DNA from: Euglena gracilis
Lineage: Eukaryota
DNA length: 64,000 bases
Assembly (NCBI GenBank): GCA_039621445.1
Contig: CP154954.1
Span: 10,683,521-10,747,520, forward strand
Direction: 5' to 3'
The position numbers and the translations under genes are program-made. Position 1 is the first letter of the stretch; every line of letters begins with the position of its first letter. The notes beneath the pieces were generated by a model. The model had not been told where the DNA came from and made no database searches. It saw only the letters and a program-made list of their open reading frames with translations. This document shows, piece by piece, positions 1-11,635 of this stretch.

Positions 1-47
1 GTAAGCGAGCGGTCGTGGGTTCGAACCCCACCGTGTGTGCACTTTTT
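1..47 (+). tRNA. 3' half of a tRNA or tRNA-derived repeat (possibly Thr-NGT), cut by the window start
   Basis: GGTCGTGGGTTCGAACCCCAC T-arm/B-box followed by TTTTT (Pol III terminator-like); the 5' half lies outside the window. Confidence 0.5.
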
Positions 48-110
48 AACCATATTTGTAGGAGAAAAATCTTTTAATATTATACATTAGGCAAAAATAT
101 GAGGAAAAGG

Positions 111-183
111 TGCACACAGCAGGGTTCGAACCCGCGACCTCCCTGTCATGAAGCAAGCACTGTACCAACTGAGCTATGTGAGC
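111..183 (-). pseudogene. tRNA-like sequence (pseudo-tRNA or SINE head)
   Basis: Minus strand GCTCACATAGCTCAGTTGGTA...GGTCGCGGGTTCGAACCCTGCTGTGTGCA: A and B boxes and acceptor stem are present, but the D and anticodon stems pair poorly. Confidence 0.55.
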
Positions 184-214
184 GATGCATACATTCTCAG
201 AATCATCACTACCA

Positions 215-387
215 CCCCCCCCCCCCATATTGTCCCACCGACCTCTCCCCCGGAGGCCCGAAGGGACAATATGGGGGGGGGACAATATGGGGGTACCAAA
301 GGAAATTTCATTGACCGAGCCAAAAAAACCCCTCGTCGGCCGGGCCGAGGGACAATATGGGGGGGGGGACAATATGGGGGGGGGGGT
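215..387. mobile_element. short MITE-like inverted-repeat element
   Basis: CCCCCCATATTGTCCC at left; GGGACAATATGGGGG occurs four times internally and at right. Confidence 0.45.
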
Positions 388-547
388 AAAGGGTGTCAGC
401 CATATTTTATGGAATTTGGATTTTGTGGAAGCCATCAACTCCAGCCAGTGGGGGGGGGGGGTGAAAAAAATGAAATAGGGGTGGGTGGTTAAAAAACAAA
501 ACCAAAATAGGGGGGGCGATTTTTACCACAAAAGTGGAACCAAAAAA

Positions 548-617
548 GACGAGGTGGGAATCGAACCCACGACCACACGGTTGACAGACAAACGCTGTAC
601 CACTATGCCACTCGCCT
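548..617 (-). pseudogene. degenerate tRNA-like sequence
   Basis: Minus strand GGCGAGTGGCATAGTGGTA...GGTCGTGGGTTCGATTCCCACCTCGTC followed by a T run; anticodon stem is not paired. Confidence 0.45.
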
Positions 618-652
618 TGTGATTCTAAGAGCTGCTTTTACATTGGGGACAA

Positions 653-740
653 GGCAGTACAGTTGGTCAAACCTTGGGACCCCCCCTCCCCCTGTACAGT
701 TCCAACCCCCCCCCTCCCGGGACCCCCCCCTTCCCCCCCC
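653..740 (+). repeat. dispersed repeat, with other copies at ~2375-2468 and ~3588-3636
   Basis: Shared GGCAGTACAGTTG...GGGACCCCCCCTCCCCC...T(G/A)TACAG motif at three places. Confidence 0.55.
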
Positions 741-1252
741 CATTCCAACCCCCCCCCCGCGACAGGTGAAAAAAAAAATATTAAAAAACGGGTTGTTGTT
801 TTTGAAACAAAAAAACATGCTTTTTTAAGGGGGTGGTGCGGGTCGCGGGGGGGGGGGTCATGGGGGGGGTCACGGGGCGGGGGGGGGGGGTCACGGGGGA
901 AGTATGCCACTTTGCAGGTGGCCCGGAGGCAACATCCATGACGTTGCGTGATAAAATTGGTCATTTTTTTGAAAGGGAATTTTGTTAGGATTTTCTTGAC
1001 CAACACGTCTTTGGGATGAAGTTTGGGCCATTTTTGAGAAAATTCCGTTTTGGGTGGGGAAATGCACCAGTTTTTGGCACTTCTTTCAAAGGAAAAGTTT
1101 TTTGGCCATTTTTGGGTATGAAGGTGCATTGGGCGGATGCATGAAAGTTCATTGTTTTTTTAAAAAAATGCTTTAAAAAAAGAATGGCGAAGGATCGATT
1201 CTCGGGTCACGGGGAAAACAAAAAACCGTAATGACAACCGTAATTACCATGC

Positions 1253-1492
1253 CCCCCCATATAAGACCCCCCCTGGGATTTTGGCTCCCAAGGGAGATCA
1301 GGCAGTGAACTTTGGGTTTTTCGGGCGGGACCCCCCCCACCCCCCCGTCTTCATTGGAAATACATGGCGGTGAACTTCACCGGTGAACTTCACCGGTGAA
1401 GTTTCTCATTGAAATTCCTTTAGGGGCGAAGCCCCCAACCCCCCCCCCCCCCACCCCTGCCTAACCTCCGAGGGGGGGTCTTATATGGGGGG
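1253..1492. mobile_element. MITE-like element with ~22-bp terminal inverted repeats
   Basis: CCCCCCATATAAGACCCCCCCT / AGGGGGGGTCTTATATGGGGGG; internal GTGAACTTCACCG repeats; related motifs recur at ~3217-3400. Confidence 0.55.
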
Positions 1493-1584
1493 TCTCTGAG
1501 CCCTTATCCCTTTATGGGTAAGAGCGAAGCTTACCCGTGGGGGAAACACCCCCCCCCCCGAACCCCCCCTCCCCCCCTCGGAGC

Positions 1585-1873
1585 CATGATGGCCATCATG
1601 ACCCATGATGCCCATCATGACCCATGATGGCCATCATGACCCATGATGGCCATCATGACCAATGATGCCCATCATGCCCCATGACGCCCATCATGACCAA
1701 TGATGCCCATCATGACCCATGATGCCAATCATGGCCAATGATGGCCATCACGACCCATGATGCCCATCATGACCCATGATGGCCATCACGACCCATGATG
1801 GCCATCAGGCCCCATGATGGCCATCATGACCCATGATGGCCATCAGGCCCCATGATGGCCATCATGACCCATG
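1585..1873. repeat. 19-bp tandem repeat with a palindromic core (~15 copies)
   Basis: Unit CATGATGGCCATCATGACC; the 16-bp core CATGATGGCCATCATG is a perfect palindrome. Confidence 0.9.
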
Positions 1874-3698
1874 TACCCCCTAAGAAAAATAGTAGTACCC
1901 CCTTAAAAAAAAACCTCATGGAGGGTTTGGGGGAATTTTTTTGAAACTTGTTTTTTTTTAGAAAAAAGGTCCTTTTTTCATCTCTACAGCTTCGTAGTCC
2001 GTAAAGGGTGCTGGATCAAGTGTCTGGAAAAACTAAAAAAACGTCACTTTTGATGACCAAAAAAATGACCTTTTTCCTCAAAAAATGGCCATTTCGCAAG
2101 GAAAAAGGACAGTTTTTTGTGTTTTTTTTGAAAAAAAAATTTTGTTCTTTGTTGAAAAACAAAAAAACGTCAACCTTAGCTCAATTCCGCATGGTGTGCC
2201 AAGGGGGAGTGATTGAAGCTGCTTCCTGCCTTTCTGCTGAGTGTTTAAAGTGAAAACACTGGCTACCATTCGTTTTACAAGAGACAAATATTTCGCAAAA
2301 TGCATCTGAATTTCGCAAAATCCATCATTGCCAACCTCAATTGGACAAAAAATGTTGCAACTGTCACGGGGGTAGGCAGTACAGTTGTGATTTTCTGGGG
2401 ACCCCCCCTCCCCCCCCCCTATACAGCTTCCAACCCCCCCCCCTCGGACCCCCCCCTCCCCCCCCCCCTGTGCCTTGTCTCCATTAAATGACCACGTTTT
2501 TGAACAAAGAAAAAACATAGGCAATCCCAAATTTCAGAAGGACGCAAAACAAAAATTACACGACCGTAATTTAAAAATAAATTACGCTGTAAGTTACCTG
2601 TAAGTTACAGGCGAAACTTACATTTGTAAATTACGTCGCAATGCTACCCATAAGGCCTGCCAGTACAACAAACTGAGGTGCGCTGGAGGAAACAATTCGT
2701 TGGGAAGATGCTCACATACCGTCTCCTGAAGTGGACTTCGACAAACAACTACCGCAGTCGACCTCTACAGAGCAGCCAAAGCAAGCAGGACTCCACACCC
2801 GCCACGCCACCAACGCAGCACGTCGGAGCCTCAACGACGCCCCCGAGGAGCCGCAGGGCGCGAAAGACAGCGGAAAACGGAATCACCGGCCCCGTCATCA
2901 ACACCCACCTTAAACGGCACCGAGCCCTGCCACCTCCCCATTGCCTGCCCAACCACTCTAACTCGCGTGGCCGAAGAACACCGGAAGCTGATCAACAGCG
3001 GCCTCACCTCGCGCCTTCTACTATTCTCTAAGCTCGTCCCCTTTACCTTCCCTCCCTTCACCAGCGTGCACAGACTGTTGCCTCTGTACATAGCCTTACT
3101 CCCCTGAACTCTTCAAACCGCTTGGACAGCGGTGGCCCCGTGGCAGTGGATGTCACAATACGCCACACCCTTCACAAAGGAGGTTAGGCAGTACGTGGGG
3201 GGGTTGTGGACCCTGTCAGTGAACTTCACTGGTGAAGTTCACCGGGGGGGGGGGGGGCAGGCGGTGCTTTCGGCCGTGAACTTCACCGCCGAGTTCACCA
3301 GTGAACTTCACCGTTTTGATGGTTGGTGGTGAATGGCCTCGCTCATTTTCCACTACCATGCCCCCCCCCCCATATCAGACCCACCCCATGTAAGACCCCC
3401 CGCCCCTGGCCAGCCGAAGGCTGGCCCTTTTGGTTGGAACCTGAACCCCCCGGAGCCCAGGCACTGGGGGGGGGGGGTCCCGCGGGGCCTCCCTGTCGGG
3501 TTGCGAGCCAACCGGACCGGTCAGGTTCGAGGGGGGAGGGATCTAGGGTCTGGAATAATGAAATTTGTTGGAGAGCCCAGGGGCGACGGCAGTACAGTTG
3601 GGGTTTTTTGGGGACCCCCCCTCCCCCCCTGTACAGGCCAGGGTCAAAATAACTAGGACAATCTCGCATGGGCGTTAAACCTCTCCCCACCTTATGAT

Positions 3699-3999
3699 GG
3701 CACGGCTCGGCACGGCTCGGCACGGCTCGGCACGGCTCGGCACGGCTCGGCACGGCTCGGCACGGCTCGGCACGGCTCGGCACGGCTCGGCACGGCTCGG
3801 CCCGGCTCGGCCCGGCTCGGCCCCGGTCGGCCCGGGTCGGCGCGGGTCGGCACGGGTCGGCCCGGCTCGGCCCGGCTCGGCCCGGCTCGGCCCGGCTCGG
3901 CCCGGTTCGGCCCGGCTCGGCCCGGCTCGGCCCGGCTCGGCCCGGCTCGGCCCGGCTCGGCCCGGCTCGGCCCGGCTCGGCCCGGCTCGGCACGGCTCG
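3699..3999. repeat. 10-bp tandem repeat GGC(A/C)CGGCTC (~30 copies)
   Basis: Read directly from the sequence. Confidence 0.95.
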
Positions 4000-4349
4000 C
4001 ACGTGTCTTGCGCGTGTCGTGCCCGCGCGTCGCCCGTGCGGGCGTGTCGCCCGTGTCCGCGTGCTGTTCTTTGCCGTCGGGACGGGTCACCGCGAGCCGT
4101 TGCACCCGCCTGTCACTTGGGCGCTTTCACTTCGATTCTCGATGGCCTTACCCAGAGGGGTGTGGGCCCTTTTCTATTTTTTTTTGTGTCGGAGATGGTG
4201 CTACCATGTCCTCTTCCGAGGGGTCTCACCTCGGGCGGGTGCACTGGATGCGAATGGGGCCGACAAGGGTCCCATCCTCGGCTTGGCGCACTCTTTGCCA
4301 TCCTTCCATGTCCACCGCCGACACTGCGGTGGCTCCTTGTATGCTCCTG

Positions 4350-4630
4350 GTTCTCGTCGGCGTCTCTTGCGGCGTGGCCGTTGGAGGTAATTCCTCATGC
4401 CCTCTGGTTGTAGCGGCGGCAGAAAGCTGTTCAGCCACAAAGGCCATCAAGGTTGCGGATATACGTTGCCAAATGTCTGCGGCCAGGTGCTGCCTTGCCC
4501 ATCCTTGCTTGTCACCGAGGGCTTGCTTCACCAAGCGGCCGAGGAGACCAGACCCCAATGGGCCCAAGCCCGACCACGGATGGAAAGACAGGGGGCTGAA
4601 TAACCAGCCTGCGGCTTCACAGATGATGGG
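4350..4630 (-). pseudogene. C-terminal fragment of a CRE/R2-type (REL endonuclease) non-LTR retrotransposon ORF
   Basis: CEAAGWLFSPLSFHPWSGLGP...LLGRLVK...WQRISATL resembles the end of CRE-clade REL domains. Confidence 0.5.
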
Positions 4631-4737
4631 ACTCGTACGCGTTGTCTGCGAATGCGGACGCGAATGTACGCCGTAGGGGGACATTAGGGGGACATTTGAC
4701 GGCCTCGGTTTCGTGCAGGTCGAATTCCCGGTCCCGA

Positions 4738-5357
4738 ACTGTGCTTTTTCGATGCGTTCAAGAGTGAGATGTAAATGTTTAAAGCCTATTTGGGGAATGC
4801 CTAATTTGCACTATGGGCTTTTTTCTCCATTCCACTTGAAGAACAGAAGCCCTAAATGTAAGCAGTCGAACTGTGCCATTTCAGCTGTTGTCTCCGTCAA
4901 TGGAGAGGTTGTTCTATTCCTCTTTTTCCTTACTTTTTTCAATGTTGCTTCAGAGCTTTTACGAGGGAGGATGCCTCGAAGGGCTGAGACATTTGGACAA
5001 TCCCAATGCCACGAACTCCGAGAAAGGACAAGGAGAAGGAAAGGAAGAACTGTGCTTTCGATCCGCTCAAGAGTGAGATGTAAAGGTTTAAAGCCTATTT
5101 GGGGAATGCCTGATTTGCACTATGGGCTTTTTTCTCCATTCCACTTGAAGAACTGAAGCCCTAAATGTAAGCAGTCGAACTGTGCCCTTTCAGCTGTTGT
5201 CTCCGTCAATGGAGAGGTTGTTCAATTCCTCTTTTTCCTTACTTTTTTCAATGTTGCTTCAGAGCTTTTATGAGGGAGGATGCCTCGAAGGGCTGAGACA
5301 TTTGGACAATCCCAATGCCACGAACTCCGAGAAAGGACAAGGAGAAGGAAAGGAAGA
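4738..5357. repeat. direct tandem duplication of ~310 bp
   Basis: 4738-5047 and 5048-5357 are near-identical, each ending GGAGAAGGAAAGGAAG. Confidence 0.9.
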
Positions 5358-5499
5358 TTTACAACACACGCGGACAAGCCCATCGAGTGTCGTAGGACAC
5401 TCCAAGCCCAAGAAGATCCCCAAGATCTAAGATCACCATGTTCGAGGACGTGGAACGAAGCTTTCGGTATGACCAAAATCACTGCCATGCAGCCGAAGC

Positions 5500-6334
5500 C
5501 ACCCTGCTTTTTGGAAAGAGCACCCCCAGAAACCCTAGAATTTTTTTTTAGAGCAAGGGCAAACAAGCCACGGGGCCAGAGTTGTGGCCCCGCAAGGTTT
5601 CGGCCCCAACCGCGCCCCCCGAAAGTACCTTTAAGAGCATTTAGGCAAAAAAGGGGCATCAAAAAACTGGCCAGCCACCCTAGCCCCTCCATTTTTTCGG
5701 AAAGAGCACCCCCGAAAACCTTGAAAAAATTCATTAGAGCAAGGGCAAACGCGCCACGGGGCCAAAGTTATGGCCCCGGCAAGCTTTCGGCCCCAACCCC
5801 CCCACTACAAAGTACATTCACGGCATTTCGGCCAAAACTGGGTCTCCAAATTCTGACCGTCAGCCCCAACCAAGCAGTTTTTTTGGAAAGAGTACCCCCA
5901 AAACCGAGAAAATTTTTTGGGAGCAAGGGGTAACGAACCACGGGGCCAAAGTTATGGCCCCGGCAAGGTTTCGGCCCCGGCAAGGTTTCGCCCCCAACCC
6001 CCCCCCCCTACAATGTACATTCACGGCATTTAGGCCAACTGGGTCTCCAAATTTTGACAGTCAGCCCCAGCCAAGCAGTTTTTCGGAAAGAGCTCCCCCA
6101 AAAACTGCAAAAATTTTTTTGGAGCAAGGACTAACGAACCACGGGGCCAAAGTTATGGCCGCAGCAAGGTTTTGGCCCCAACCCCTCCCCCACAATGTAC
6201 ATTCAGGGGCATTAAGGCCAAAACTGGGTATCCAAAACTGGACTGTCAGCCCCAACCAAGCAGTTTTTTGGAAGGAGCACCCCCAAAAACCCAAGAATTT
6301 TTTTTGGAGCAAGGGCTAACGAACCATGGGGCCA
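5500..6334. repeat. ~185-bp satellite array, left part, split by E1
   Basis: CACGGGGCCAAAGTTATGGCCCCGGCAAG-like motif at ~5569, 5755, 5939 and 6140, with a fifth unit broken at ~6324-6334. Confidence 0.8.
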
Positions 6335-7175
6335 GTTTTCCCCTCTCGCCGGTTCGGTGACCGTGCGCGGAATGGGCTCCCCGGCAGGCCGAGTGGGGGA
6401 AAAACAGTCACCCGGCGCTCCGGTAAAAATAGGCACACGCGCCCCAAAAATTCCCTTTTTTTGTGTCTTTCGGTCCCTGAATTCAGCCAGAACCTGGGTT
6501 CCGGCAGCCAAATAATTCAAAAATTGGGGGGGGGAACGGTATTTTTGGCCAACTCCTTGGGGGTGCCTCTGAAGTAGTAGGGGGGGGGGAGGAAAAGCCT
6601 GGTTTGAATTTAAAAAAAGGGTAGCGGGGGGGACGGAAGAACACCTTCACCTTGATTTCCAGCGCCGCTTGCTCTTCCTTTTTTGAATTTGAATTCTTTC
6701 CTTTTGATTGACCTTCCGGATTGACTCTTTGAAATTCTTGAACAATTGTTTTCTTGAAATCAGATTGAATTTTTGATATTCCTTCCTTCAGCATGCACAA
6801 TTCTTTGAATGAAACATTCGGAAGAGAGAGAACCTGGGGGGGAAAAGTACACAGGTAAAAAAAGTAGCGGAATGGGGCAGAATGTTCGCTAATTCCAGTG
6901 CGCAGGGGGGTCGGCACGCCGTGGCGAGCCGTCCGGCTAGGGGGGGGGGGAGGGGGGTTTTTGGCGTGGCGAGGGGGTCCCGGATGGGGGGGGGGAGGGG
7001 TGCGCGGGGGTTTTCCAAGAAAATTTTCTTTGGCGCGGCTGACATGGCGTGGCGAGGGGGTCTGAAAAGGGGGGGAGGGGGGGGGTAAAATGGCGTGGCG
7101 AGGGGGTCGGTGAGGGGGGGGGGGGAGGGGTGTGCCGACCCCCCGCAGGCGCCAGGCCGCCTCCCGCCGCCCACA
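6335..7175 (-). repeat. E1 3' LTR (contains a MITE insertion)
   Basis: Near-identical to 17629-18228 once 6905-7147 is removed. Confidence 0.92.
6905..7144. mobile_element. 240-bp MITE in the E1 3' LTR
   Basis: TIR GGGGGGTCGGCAC / GTGCCGACCCCCC and 3-bp TSD GCA; the 5' LTR shows the empty site (GTGCGCAGGCGCC). Confidence 0.9.
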
Positions 7176-7186
7176 CTCCCCTTCCT
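7176..7186 (-). promoter_or_regulatory. E1 polypurine tract
   Basis: AGGAAGGGGAG directly before the TG of the 3' LTR on the minus strand. Confidence 0.8.
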
Positions 7187-7733
7187 ACCGAGGCACCCGG
7201 CCTCGCCTGCCATCGGCTAACCTCGGAGGCGGGAGCGGGGGGCGATGCGCACCTCATCGGCGTAGTAAACAAACTGTACAAACAAACATCGGGGCGGTTC
7301 GGGTATAAGGAGGGCAGGGGTGTGGCCTTGGCCTCGGCCTTGGCCTTTGGCGTTTGATGCCCGGGGGCGCCCCTCGTGTGTGGCGTCGCGCGCCACAGGA
7401 GCCTGGTCGGGGGCTGGCGTTGGTCCCCGGGCGGTCTGCTGGCAGGCCGGCCGCAGGCTCCTATGGGCGCCTTGGGTGGGGGTGGAACTCCTCCGGGCTC
7501 TGGGCGGGGGCCGCTGTCGTGCTGGGTGGCTTGGCAGCCGCGCCGCGCCGACCTGCAGGCTGGTGGCAGAGCCCGGAGCATTGAGCCTTTCGGGGGGGCT
7601 GTGCTCCCCGGCTGGTTGGGGGGGGGGGGGCGGTCCCTTGGGCTCCCTTGGGTCTTTCTGGTGCCTGGGGGGTCTCTTCGGCTCGCCTCCTTTGCCCCCT
7701 GCCTGGCCTGGCTGGCTGGGGGGGGGGGGGCGT

Positions 7734-9633
7734 GTTCTGGTGTCTTGTTAAATTTTCGGAACTTTCTTCCAAATCTTCCCCTTCAATCCCAATTGAGCGC
7801 GCACTGCAAGATGGCCATACTGAGTCAAAGAGTTCAGGTTTTTTGTCACCTGAACAAAATGTACAATTCTGGGGCCTTTGCCTGGGAAATTAGGAACAGA
7901 GAATCTTAATTCGTCTGGTTTCGTCTGCCAGCGCCCCCCCCGCCGCCAACACCCCCTTCCCTGACCGCTTGCGTACCGCCTTCGGCAATACACAACGGCG
8001 GGGGGATATTTTCAGGATTTTTTTTTTCAGGAGGGGGGGGCGGATTATTGTACACTGTACATAGGCCGGGTCAGGTTTCCTTAAACCTTTTTGGATGGCA
8101 GGGTGATCTTGGGGCCGATTTCACACCAGTCAAGTCAGATGGTAAAGGTGAAAAAGGTCACACTGGGGTGCATCCCTTCCAATGAGCCTCAACTAGGGCT
8201 CATAGTGAGCTGATCTAGGGGCATCATAGTGGGAGCCACATCCAATGCCAACCCTTGGCATCCACAACCTCCAAGCCTCAACTCCATCCAGGAAGGAGGG
8301 GCATTGAAAGGGGAGCCACCACCAGAATACATCATAGCATCCCAACCCAGCAAGCCTCAACTCAATTCAAGAAAATGAGGGGCATTGAGGGGGAGCCATC
8401 ACCAGACAAAACTGCAAATTGTGGTGAACCTGATGCCGACCAGGTACCAGTGGTGCACCGCATAGTTGGCACAAATTGCAACGATTTGTCCAGTGAACGT
8501 CGTCGGGAAGGAGGGGAGGGGGCCAGGGGTATCACACCAGGTGAACCACAACTGGGCTTGAAGGGCATCCCGAGGAGAAAAGGAGCCTCGATTACAAGCT
8601 GTGGGCAGCCCAGGCACCACACCCAATGACCTCAACCCAGCTCAACTCCAATCGAAATAGAGACGAGCTGCACGACGTTGTTGCCTTCTCCTGCAACTTT
8701 TTGTCTTTTTGAATGTCCCATCCAACTCTTGTGGTGTGTAACTTTTGCCTGGCTGCAAAAATTCTTTGTTATCATAATCACCTTGCACGTAATAAGCCCA
8801 CAAGCCCCATTTGGTTCCAGCACAAAACTGACCATCATCCAACTGAAACACTTTAGTCCCAGGTGGGTAAAAGTAGCTTCTGATGACAAAGTCTTGAATC
8901 ATCTTCCACCATTTTGTGCTTCTCCAATCTGGCAAAACCAAAATGGCTTCTGCCTTGTCTTCAATCACCTTCTTGATGGTCTTCTCCAGTGCACTGTAAG
9001 GGGGATTCATTCACAGAAGTCCAGTGCCTGGCCCCCAATTGGCCCCAAAGGCATCTGGAACTTCGCCCCCATTGCCAAACCATCTTGCCATCCTTTTGTT
9101 CTTGTCATCTGCAAAAACATCAATGTCTGGTCGTGGCAGTCGCAATCTCATCAAAATGTCTCTGACAATTCCTTCTCTTACTGCATATCTTTCAGACACC
9201 CACTGCCTGGGGCCTGATCCCTTGGAAGCTGCAGATGCAATTGAAATACCTTTTGAGATTGCCAAATCTGGCCCAGAATCTTCATCATCTGAATCTTCAG
9301 AATGTCTCCTTTTCTGGGTGCCACAGTCTTCCGGCCTTCCCTGACTTTTGGCCTCATGGCCACCTTGCAGTCTTTGGCCACTTTTCATGATATGTCAACT
9401 CTTTGAACTCTTTGTGTTCTGGTGTCTTGTTAAATTTTCGGAACTTTCTTCCAAATCTTCCCCTTCAATCCCAATTGAGCGCGCACTGCAAGATGGCCAT
9501 ACTGAGTCAAAGAGTTCAGGTTTTTTGTCACCTGAACAAAATGTACAATTCTGGGGCCTTTGCCTGGGAAATTAGGAACAGAGAATCTTAATTCGTCTGG
9601 TTTCGTCTGCCAGCGCCCCCCCCGCCGCCAACA
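7734..9633 (-). mobile_element. non-autonomous 1.9-kb mini LTR element (TRIM-like or deletion derivative) carrying an amino-MTase, nested in E1
   Basis: ~218-bp direct repeats at 7734-7951 and 9416-9633; TSD GGCG(T) at 7729-7733 / 9634-9638; PPT AGGGAAGGGGG at 7952-7962; no PBS and no gag/RT/INT seen. Confidence 0.85.
8642..9388 (-). pseudogene. phage-Dam/DIRS-MT-like DNA amino-methyltransferase with one in-frame TGA
   Basis: SERYAV...IDVFAD...DAFGANW...LL*MNPPY...AILVLPDWRSTKWW; the TGA at 9011-9013 replaces the conserved Trp of WxNPPY. Confidence 0.85.
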
Positions 9634-10084
9634 GGCGTGCCTTTCTCTCCCTTGCGCCTGCTCGGTTCTCTTGTGGCGCTCTGGGGGGGGGGTGCTCCTT
9701 GCGCCCTCTTCGGTTCTCCTTTGGCGCTCTGGGGCTCCGGTGGGTGTGCGCGCCTCTGGGGGGGGGGGGCGCTTTTTTTGTTGGGCGCCCCTGGGGGGGG
9801 CGCTTTTTTTTTGGGCGCCCCTGGGGGGGCGCTTTTTTTTTTCGGTCCGGGGGGGTCCGGGGGCGTTTTTTTTTTTTTTTTCCCTGGGGGTCCCCCTGGG
9901 GTCTTTTGTCTTGGTGTGTGGGGGGGTCTTTGGTCGTGCTCTCCGGGCCCCCTGGGGGGGGGGGGGCGGCCTGGGTTGGGGGGCTCTGGGCCCCCGGGGG
10001 GGGGGCGGTCTTGGGTTTGTGGCCTCTGGGCCCCGGGGGGGGGGGGGGGGGGCTTGGTTGCCTCTGGGGCCCCCTGGGGGGGGT

Positions 10085-10505
10085 CCTGGCTCGGTGGCCC
10101 TCTGGGGCCCCCTGGGGGGGGGCCTGGCTCGGTGGCCCTCTGGGGCCTCCTGGGGGGTCTTGGCTCGGTGGTCCTCTGGGGCCTCTCGGTGGCCCTCTGG
10201 GGCCTCTCGGTGGCCCTCTGGGGGGCCCTGGCTCGGTGGCCCTCTGGGGCCTCTCGCCTTGCTGGTGCCCCCTGGGGGGGCTTTGGCTGTTCGGTTCCCC
10301 CTGGGGGGGGTGGCTTCGGTTCCCCCTGGGGGGCCTGGCTGGCTTCGGTTCCCCCTGGGGGGGGGGTGGCTTCGGTTCCCCCTGGGGGGCCTGTCTGGCT
10401 TCGGTTCCCCCTGGGGGGGGGGTGGCTTCGGTTCCCCCTGGGGGGCCTGGCTGGCTTCGGTTCCCCCTGGGGGGGGGTGGCTTCGGTTCCCCCTGGGGGG
10501 CCTGG
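10085..10505. repeat. G-rich minisatellites in the E1 3' region
   Basis: CTCGGTGGCCCTCTGGGG units followed by GGCTTCGGTTCCCCCTGGGGGG units. Confidence 0.8.
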
Positions 10506-11635
10506 CTGGCTTGTTTGTGTGGCCTCCGCCCCCCGCTCTCTCCCGGCCGTTGTCTTCCCTTGGCCGGCTGGGGGGGGTCTGCTCTGCCCCTGGCTGCCGC
10601 CCGCCTCTGGCTTCCGGCCTTGGGCGCCAGCCTCCTCCTGCCTCCACAGTATCAGTGTCAGTGTGAAGGACAGGGGCAGAGACATCCGCTGCCATCCGTC
10701 GGCTCGCCTCCGACGGTGTAGTCTCCACGTACCCAGCCTCCGCCAGCGTCTTGGTCCACGGCGCAGCAGGCACTCTGGCGAATCGGCAGGCAAGGAACGG
10801 CAGCAGCAGCAGCAGCCCCACAAATACAACCCCCGCTACCCAGTACGGTTTGACGCCAGGCTTTTCCAACCACCCCCGGGGCGGTGGGCTGGCATGGGTA
10901 GCCGTGGGTAGGGGAAAATGGGTGGCCTCCGGGTTGGGGCCGGAAAGGGCCGGGACTCACCAGGCCTGCGTTGGGGGGATTGAGGACGCAGACACCGGCG
11001 GTGGTGCCCTCTCGCCGCCTTGAGGCTGAGGACGGGTCCTGGAGGTGCAACGGGAAGGAGCCATGGGTGGCGAAGGCTCCATCGGGACAGGGGATGAACG
11101 GGGCGCACTGGGTATGGGGGTGCGCTGGCAGGAAATGGTGTGAGAGGAACGGGGACGGCGTGGCACAGGCCGGCGGCATGGGGGGGTGCCGGCCCGTACA
11201 CACCGGGAAGGCCGCAGGCGGAGGGGGCACCGCGTCCCCGCCCGCAGCCGGGAAATGGTTCGGAATGGGCACATACGGAGAATGGGTGAACATCGCAGAG
11301 GCAGCCACAGCCGCCTGGGGGGCAGCCACAGCAGCCTGGGTGGCAGCCACCACCGTCGCCTGGGGGGCGGCCACAGCAGCCTGGGAGGCAGCCACAGCCG
11401 CCTGGGGGGCAGCGTGCGGCAGCAAATGAGCGAACGCAGACACGGGCTGCGCACACTCAGCTCCTGTCGATGGACACACCAAGGTTGATACCGCAGCAGA
11501 GGGGATCTGGGGATCAGCCTCCTGCGACAGCTGGGGAAACGCAGAGACGGAGGGACGGTCGGACGGGTGGCACGAAGTGCAGCGGGGCGGGCTGGCGCGC
11601 TGCAGCGGCGGCGAAGGCTCGCGGTCGATCCTGAC

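Noticed and set aside
1585-1873. CRISPR array
   Set aside because: Head-to-tail repeats with no unique spacers, no cas genes, and a eukaryotic context
3343-4413. ORFs with RAEPG/ARLG repeats
   Set aside because: Translations of the 10-bp tandem repeat
8642-9388. Bacterial restriction-modification system or prophage contamination
   Set aside because: Every MTase lies within LTR-bounded elements or pol frames; no endonuclease partner or phage genes
9560-10911. Several overlapping 340-480 aa Gly/Pro-rich ORFs
   Set aside because: Stop-poor G/C minisatellite open in nearly all frames
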